Below are positions 55,907 through 64,000 of a stretch of DNA of 64,000 bases, piece by piece. Position numbers and translations under genes: made by a program. Positions within the stretch are counted from its first letter, which is position 1. Each line of letters opens with the position of its first letter. The stretch comes from Lingula anatina (taxonomy: Eukaryota; Animalia; Brachiopoda): assembly GCA_051362555.1 (NCBI GenBank), contig CM120647.1, forward strand, positions 11,074,651-11,138,650, written 5' to 3'. Under the pieces are notes generated by a model. The model did no database searches. It was not told the origin of the DNA and saw nothing but the letters and a program-made list of their open reading frames with translations.

Positions 55907-58900
55907 ATGAGCGCCCTTCATCTTTTGCTTGTGCTTGGGTGGTGAGTTTGATTTGTGCGTCTTCTTGGTCTTTCCTTATTTATATCTTCATATTAATCTC
56001 CCTCTCCCCATCGCCTGTCTCTGTCTGTCTCTTTCATTTTCTATATATTATGTCATTGTCTACATTTAAGTACAGCATGTGCCACGGTAGTCATGCGAGT
56101 GAGCTAAACATTTGGTCACATGGTACCGCCGTCAGAGCTTGTGTGCAGTTCAGGTAAATGTATGAATAGACGGTAACGATTCAGTTAACCTAGGAAAATC
56201 TAAAAACTAAAAATTATCCACACTCTTCAGTACTGCATGATATTCACCAGGGTTCAGCAGTGTTTTTCAAAAAAAAAAAAAAAAAAAAAAAAAAACGCTG
56301 CAGTATTAACCAGCGCAGGCTTATCTGTATTCATGTATCTCACTGTATTCGCAAAATTCAACGGAATAAATCAGTATTTCATAGCATTATTTTCATAACG
56401 TTACGGAGGTAACATTTTATTTTATTTGTTACCCTTCTATCTTTCAGCCCTATTTATCCACATGTTCTCCTAGCTAATTTAACCATTAATTTAACCATGT
56501 GAAGTCCTAAATTTTCATCATTCTCTTTTTTCTATGTCACTTTTTTACTTTCTTTTTGTCTTTCCTTCTTCATCAGCCTTTCACCTATGCAGCACTCGCA
56601 CAGTCGTTCATTTGTTTGTTTGTTTTTTTATTTAATTCTTCCCGTATCACCCATTTAGAAATTCATTGAAATCGAAAGAAGAACAAGATTCTGGCAGACT
56701 TGAAATGTATGTGGTAATGCATGTTCGTGTAGATGGTTAAGCGTAACCAGTCATGTAGATGATAATTATCGCACGAAGACACAGCTGTGTTACACCTAGA
56801 TATCAGGGACCTCTATACCTAAAACAGTATACAGAATGAAATGGTAGGATATCATAGTTTTGCAACAGACTACAAGCGGACCCTGTGGTCAGAGTGTAAA
56901 ATAAGTAGAAATATAAAACGAATCCTAAAACGGTTTAATATGAAGCACTGTGCATTATTTTGCGCCAGTTAATCCACACTTTCACCTTAAATCAACGACG
57001 CCACTGCCCAGGCCTTGCGGTTACTTTCATTCTATCGGTTATCTTTGTTTTCCACCCGTTATGACTTCTCTATCGCCTCACGCCGGATCTTCTTCTAAAC
57101 AATAGAAAATATATTCCGAGGTGCGCATTTACGTAGGGCCCGGTTTATTGCGCCTTGAGATAAAATAAAGTTTAAATTATTTGAACCCGGACAAGTTCAC
57201 TTTTGTGTCTGATCAACATAATATGACTCGGACATGCTATAAGTGAGGCATGCAAACCGGTTTTGTTGAGAAAAAAGAACAACTATGAAAAAGACCACGC
57301 CGGGTAGAAGTTACATCTTGTCATATTGACAATTTGCAAGGGTCATATCACAGAAAATATATTTACGTGTTATGGATTACCGTTACGTATTTTTCAGAAT
57401 GGAAAGCAAAGCAAAAAGAAGACACTCTCTTGCTCCCAGATTCTACTGTGCTATTTTATCTCTCAAATAACTTCTACCTTTGGCACAATTGTATAAAAAT
57501 GTGTAGAGGAAAAAACCCTCTATGGTCCAGTTGTATGTTAGGACCTCTCACATTGTACTGGTACAGACTGTATCGGTGCAGAAAGTATATCGCTCGACGT
57601 GAAGAACGGGCCTTTGGCAACACTATCTTGCACATGTATGTTACATATGTCGTCCCATGCAATGGCTAAATTCAATAGACAGTATATTAGGGTTGTGTTT
57701 TAAGTTTTTTGGCTTATTTCCCCCGCAGGTTGGCAACATTAGCACCCCCTAGGCCTGTGGCAGGGTCCTTCTGTACAAAAACCTTCACCTGCACAAAAAC
57801 TCAGCGGTATTCCACTAAATGCGGATTTGCAGGATGGAAGAGATGTACTCGTACCAGGTAAGATATATACAGGATAACCTGCCAAGGTATATGCTCAACG
57901 GTTGGACATTGGGAGAGGAAAGACAAGAAGTATCAATTAAAAAATCAATTTACATTGGTCAAACGAAACAGATTCACACATTTAAGCTCATTCAAATTGA
58001 ACAAACATTTCTTGGCCTTAAGGCCTCGTTTACTACTACTACTACTAATAATAATAATAATAATCGTGTGAATAATTTTACTAATTTATAAACTCGGATT
58101 CTTCTTTATAGAGTCGTGAACTCCCAATGTTCCAAGCAGGTGTGTTGTGACGGATGGAGCGGAATAGGTTGTAACCAAGGTATGTGGTCGGACCGGATGC
58201 TTAATTGCATCGGCTTCAGGTAGGTGGAAGAAACCAGGCTCCGGATGCAGTAAGAGTAAAAAGAAGGGCGATCTAATAAATCTTCAGCTTTTTTTACCTG
58301 TTCTGGTTCCGGTTCCCGAAAGCATGGGATTGGATGTGTATTGTGTATTGTGTCTTTTTATTGTTAACAGTTCATGATTCATAATTTTGTATCGTGGACA
58401 ATGAAACAAGAGTGTTGGAACAACTTATGTTGATATGCTCAGAATCCGGATCCTGGTACGTTGGGAACGTTATAAAATAATAGGCGTATATAGGATTACT
58501 AGACATATGACATAATTAAATGTTAGATTGTATATTAAGTACAGAAATGTAAACGCTGGTCATTTTAACGACAGACTGCCAATACTTTCATTTTATATTT
58601 TGTATAAATGTGACAGTAAACAGTCTGTTAAATATTTTCTTTCTTTATGACACCTCTAGCTAATACTTAACTGCAATGGATAGGATGAATAACAATAAAG
58701 AGAGAACGGCACAGCTAGTAGTGCTATTATAATGAAAACCACACAGTATCAAAACCATGCCCAGTGCAGTATTGTTAGGTTTTACACGGATCTTAAACAT
58801 CCTTCATTTGTTGTTTTTCAACTAGCCCTGTGCTATGGCGCCAACTCGTGTCCTAACGGCGGAACCTGCGTCTCTCCTAGCAAGTGCTCTTGTCGACCAG

Positions 58901-61900
58901 GTTACGCCTTGCCAAGATGTGACGGTAAGACTCCCAGGTCATGTAAATCAAGTGTTTCGCTCAGTTGTTACTAATGAATTTCGAGGAAATTATTTAATTC
59001 TTAAAATAGGTTTTTGTTAGCTTTAATTGATGCCATAGAAATAGAATGTTAAAACGTTGATTTAAAGGTTTGAAAGCTTTGTTGGATTCTTGTACACAAT
59101 CTTACATTTGAAGAGTTCCTAATATGATAGCTACTGATAAATGAAGATTGAAGAAATAGTAAGGTGTTCAAAATTCATAGTTATTTATCAATTTTTGCAA
59201 TATTAATATATGTATTGGACCATTCCCACACTCTATCGTACTTTCAGGATCGAAATATCCCCGACGGGTTTCTCGCTAAATTGCATTTAGTTTAAGCGTT
59301 CACGAGGGTTTATTACCCGCCTGATAGCTTTAGTGAGCGAGACAGACATTTAAGCTACTGAAACTGAATGCAATTTAGCGAGAATACCCTCGGAGTTAGA
59401 TTGACTCGGCTAGCACGCTAGGTTAATTGGTACCCAGTCTGTGTCTCACTTTTGCTGAGATTACCGCATATACAATAAAAACTCATACTTGTGGTTGTAT
59501 TTTGCTGGGAAAAGCATGCAATTGAACTATTTACGTATTTTTGCAGCGTACCCAATTGACTGTTCAGTTTAATGTATCATTTGGTATTTATTTTAAAGTC
59601 ATTTTATATTATAGCATAACTGAACATCCTTCGCTGACGCAATGAACACCGTAATACAGTCGTAGGTCTATAGCCTGTACAGTATGTACAAATGATCATT
59701 TAGGCACAAGTATCTTCTTGTTCTTTTTAACAGTTCGTATTGGCGTTTTATTTTTCTCCATCTTTACAGATATAAACGAGTGTGCCAGCAGTCCTTGTCA
59801 AAATGGTGCACGTTGTATAAATGCAGTGAATCGTTACACCTGCCAATGCGCAGCCGGTTATACAGGAGTCAACTGTCAGAACGGTGCGTTTGAGAAATTG
59901 CTTTTACCTCATGTGCGTGTGGGTGGTTAGGCCGGATTTAAAATTCTCCAAAATTTTAGGCTTATTATTTAGAACAGTCATAAAACAGCGCCCTCTGCTT
60001 AAAACACGCCGCTATCGCCCACTTGTATAAGTACGTTTTTGATAATAATATTCAATAGTATACGTCAATTGTGTCAATACTTTTTACGTCATGTGTACAA
60101 TTTTATTTCGTAATTTAGTGTTGCTCAGTTCTCAAGACATGGTTCTGTACAAACAGAAGTTTCCATGGACAGTGGTTGCAACTTCCTCAAAACACTGAAA
60201 CTTTAATTGTAGCAACTTTATTTTCTATTGATGCAGTGTTTTTATAGTGTTATGATAACCCGTTAAATACAGAAAAATTAATTCAATACAACAAATATGA
60301 TTAAATGCACATTTTTATCCTAAAGATATTAACGAATGCAGCAGTAATAATGGCGGATGTGCACAGCAGTGTGTTAATTTGCGAGGTTCCTTTGCCTGCA
60401 GGTGTAGTAGTGGATACAAACTCGCGTCGAACAACAGAGGATGCGACGGTAGGTGGCATTCAAAACGAAGATAATCCGCAGTCGGCACAGTGTACAAAAG
60501 CAATTATAGTACCTTTAATATATTATCGTATTGTCTTTAATCTGGATGCTAGGTGTACAGTTTGTATTACTGGCTGTATATTGAAGAAGTTTGATCACGT
60601 TTTTATTAGATAAATGCTTTTTTAAGCTTGATGGAGCAATATGACATATCGCAGCAAAGTGGTTGTCTTCTTTCAATATAGATATACTTATCTGATGTTT
60701 ATTTCAAAATACTGTCATTTATGACCATTCTCTGCAGACATAGACGAATGCGCTTCCGGCAGTTCTGGTTGCGCTCACCGTTGTTCAAACACCGTCGGCG
60801 GCTTCCAGTGTAGCTGCAACGCCGGGTACACCTTGGACGGCGACGGCAAGACTTGCAATGGTAACTGTGAAAATATTGTATAATACAGATTGTCCAAAAA
60901 GCATGCAGTGAAAACTATATTCTTTTTAGTTTGCGTTAGCAGGTAAAGACACATGAAAGCAGGGGGAGTTGGCGAGGGGGGTGGGGGGCGTGTTCTAAAT
61001 TACCGCGCCATTTGGCCGTGAAATCTCCGTTCTGATTCAAAATTTGATCTAGGTTTTATGATATTTCACAATATGGGTCAACTAAGGGTATACTACTAGC
61101 GGTAAAGAGGATCACTTAAAAAATATTACATTAAAAAAATGGTGGTTACAGGCCTGCACAATCTATACGTTGCAGACATTTTACACTTCAGTGTGTAATT
61201 CAAACATCAAGCTGGACATCGTATCCCGTTTGTGTGCAATTTCTTTGATTTTGATGAATTTAAATATTTGTAGAATTGTGTTGAACACTTTTATCTTATT
61301 TTTTTCTTTCTAACTTGGGTCTTACTCTGTCAACCCAAACGTAATTCATCAAATGTGAATACAAAATTTGATTCGTATGTGAAACCCAAATATGTTTACT
61401 AATTAGATATATATATAAGTACTCATATTTATACATGTATTTGGACTTATATCCTTCCAAGATATATGAGGCATATGGACAGATATCAGTAGCAATCTGT
61501 ATAAAAAACAGTACATTCCCATCCCCAGGGTAATAAGAGTACATGTAGATATTAATGGTTACCTAGGAGTGATATGACTGTTTCGTATTTTTAGAGCGTC
61601 TTTAATTTTCATATATGGAAATTCGAATTTTAGATATCAACGAATGCCAGGAAAATGATGGTGGATGTCAACACACTTGTGTGAACGAGGTCGGTTCATT
61701 CCATTGTGAATGTAATCCCGGTTTTACCCTGCATTCAGATGGCAAAACATGTGTAGGTAAATATAAGTTATCTGTGGTTAAAATGTATCGTGTCTTGATC
61801 TATATTTAAACCAGCAATTTTAGTTTTGTGTGGTACAATGCCCGTGCTGCTATTTGTAACACATACGTCACACCTCGGTGCATGTGCACTAGAAGCATCT

Positions 61901-63634
61901 CTAAGATGGCTTGAAAAAAAAACAATAACATAACGTAATCTGTGCTGGCTGTGCTGTCACTGATATGATGTTGTCCAAATATATTTCATAGTCAAAACGA
62001 AAAGTTATTATTTTTTTGAGATAATGCTTTTTCCAACTTAATCCGTCTCCGAATTGACTGGAAGAGCCACTACATTGTTTTCAGACAAGGATGAATGTGC
62101 TCTCGGCGTGGCCAATTGCCACGTGCTGGCATCGTGTGTCAACACCCAGGGGTCTTTCTCTTGTGTCTGCAACTCTGGATATACTGGGGACGGAACCACG
62201 TGCACTGGTAGATACCCTTTGTCACTGAATATACAAGCGGTTTCAAAAGCCTTTTTTTCAAAAACAGAAAGGCAGGATCCGCCCATTTTTGAGCAATTTA
62301 TTATCTTTATTATTAACTAACTAATATAACTTAATGTGTTTTTATTTATCCATTTATTTACCTGTTTGTTGGCTTGTTATCCCATGACCCTTAAGTGTTG
62401 GAAAATATATTCGCCTTCTGTTTTAATCTGGGCAAACCTCATTTATACCCCTTAACAAACACCCACCCTCAGCAAAAGCTCACATTTGCCTGTGGTCAAA
62501 TTGCGATTCCTTTCAGATCTCGACGAATGCGCAGCATTGAACAATGAAGGATGTGACCAAGTGTGTTTAAATAACAGAGGTTCCTTTAGTTGTGACTGTA
62601 ACGTCGGTTATCAACTGACGGGTGACGGTGTCACTTGCCAAGGTAAGGCCAAATAGTTAACACAGGTACTGTTGTTTAATACATGAAGAAAATATTTTGT
62701 AATCTACATGTAGGAATGCAAAGTAAGCATTTATTATTCTGCATGGTAAAATGATGTACTAGTAAGGCAACATATATTTATAAAAATTAAACGCATTTTA
62801 AACACAATACAAAAGTGATGTACCAAAACGGGAAGGCACTTTAGGAATTTTCTTTCGTACTTTTACTTGACTAAAACGTATACTAGTTGTATGGTTCCCA
62901 AGCAAACTCATATCTTTGTCTTAAATCAGTTTTAGTCAATATGCAGTATTCTTCTCAATGTTCATTTTTGCATGTTTTTAAAATTAGTTTTCCTTTTCGT
63001 TGACAGATATCGATGAATGCCAGCAAAACATCTGTTCTCACTTTTGCACGAACACAAACGGATCTTTCACCTGCACCTGTCAGGCCGGCTATTTGATGAA
63101 TGCAGATGGGGTCACATGCGATGGTAAGTGAACGATAGATGGCGTGATGTACATGTATTTTTTATGTGACTGATAATTGGTGTTTTGTATGATGGTGAGT
63201 GAGAACAGGTGGCGTGGCAATGATACACTTCAAGGTACGGAGTGTGGTAGTCTAACGGTTCTAGTAAATGGTATGTTAAGGGGTTAATAAGCAGTCTATG
63301 AAGCGACATCTCACAAATATAAGAGGGACACATATGCAATTCCAATATATTTCAAATGCAAAAATCTACAGATGATATCTTTTGGTCTCTTTGCCCTAGC
63401 TGACTGAGTAAAACGCATCATGCACCACGTGCTACTTCTATATAGGACAGCGAAAAAAAGGTCGTAGTACGTAGCACTACACTGTATATATCCTGTTGTG
63501 TTGTATTACAGATGTAAATGAATGCAGCACCAATAACGGAGGCTGTGCACAGGTGTGTAACAACCTACCTGGTTCCTTCCGGTGTGAATGTAGCCCGGGA
63601 TACCAGTTTGGACAAGACGGTATTACGTGTGAAG
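55907..63634 (+). CDS. Paralog D (5' partial): signal peptide - EMI - at least 9 EGF; continues beyond the window
   Basis: Exons 55907-55941, 57729-57857, 58112-58179, 58826-58924, 59770-59883, 60326-60448, 60738-60860, 61634-61756, 62085-62207, 62517-62642, 63007-63123 and 63512-63634. All are open, with GT-AG sites. Confidence 0.9.
59217..59437. mobile_element. Small palindromic MITE, related to 63661-63874
   Basis: Inverted pair gggtttctcgctaaattgcatttagttt / aaactgaatgcaatttagcgagaataccc. Absent in the B and C introns. Confidence 0.65.
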
Positions 63635-63660
63635 GTAAGTGCACTTCCATAAAACACTTA

Positions 63661-63874
63661 AGGTGCATTCACAGAGATTTAGATCGATCCATCCGGGTCG
63701 ACCTAACTCCCTCGGATTCAAGCTAAATTGCAGTCAGCCGAGCGCGCACGACTGTTAATTACCCCCTTACAGCTTTTAGTAGGCCGGACAGACGCTTAAG
63801 CCGGCTAAGCTGACAGTAATCTAGTGAGACTTCCCACAGGGATAGATCGATCTAAAATCTGTGGGAATGGGGTA
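63661..63874. mobile_element. Harbinger/Tourist-like MITE with TTA TSD
   Basis: TIR cattcacagagatttagatcgatc / gatcgatctaaaatctgtgggaatg, flanked by tta on both sides. Empty site at about 42578 in copy C. Confidence 0.75.
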
Positions 63875-64000
63875 TTAGGCACGCTACAGCCTCGTGACGT
63901 CATGTCGACACCATGCAGATGCCACAGTTTATTATGCACCTTTGTCAAATCCATGTGAGTCCATTTTAAAGTTGATATTTAGATATTTCTTGAAGGAGAG

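Overview
AT-rich, intron-containing animal DNA, probably from a marine invertebrate (inferred from the repeat families and gene style). The window is a head-to-tail tandem array of four paralogs, all on the + strand, of one large secreted modular gene that I do not recognise as a named family. Copy A is the 3' end only (1-1142). Copy B is naturally truncated (4941-24141). Copy C is complete, with 19 exons and about 1930 aa (27628-52487). Copy D is the 5' part (55907 to the window end). Hand-spliced architecture of copy C: signal peptide, EMI-like Cys domain, 9 EGF/cbEGF modules, about 750 aa of unassigned beta-rich and helical sequence, a long heptad helical hairpin with a 10-Cys Trp/Lys-rich tip, a furin-type RKRR site, a helical region, an Ig (I-set-like) domain and a C-terminal chitin-binding type-2 (CBM14) domain. 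The paralogs differ in EGF exon content and diverge most in the EMI loop and the CBM14 domain. Introns are packed with mobile elements: a near-intact 5'-truncated L1/Tx1 LINE with TSD, a decayed ISL2EU/Harbinger-type transposon, Ginger1-like non-autonomous elements, Harbinger MITEs, a pogo-like MITE with a nested LINE remnant, and Helentron-associated (HINE-like) elements. Exon numbers refer to a 20-exon composite model (copy C lacks exon 10). All exon boundaries and counts were read by eye and no database searches were run.
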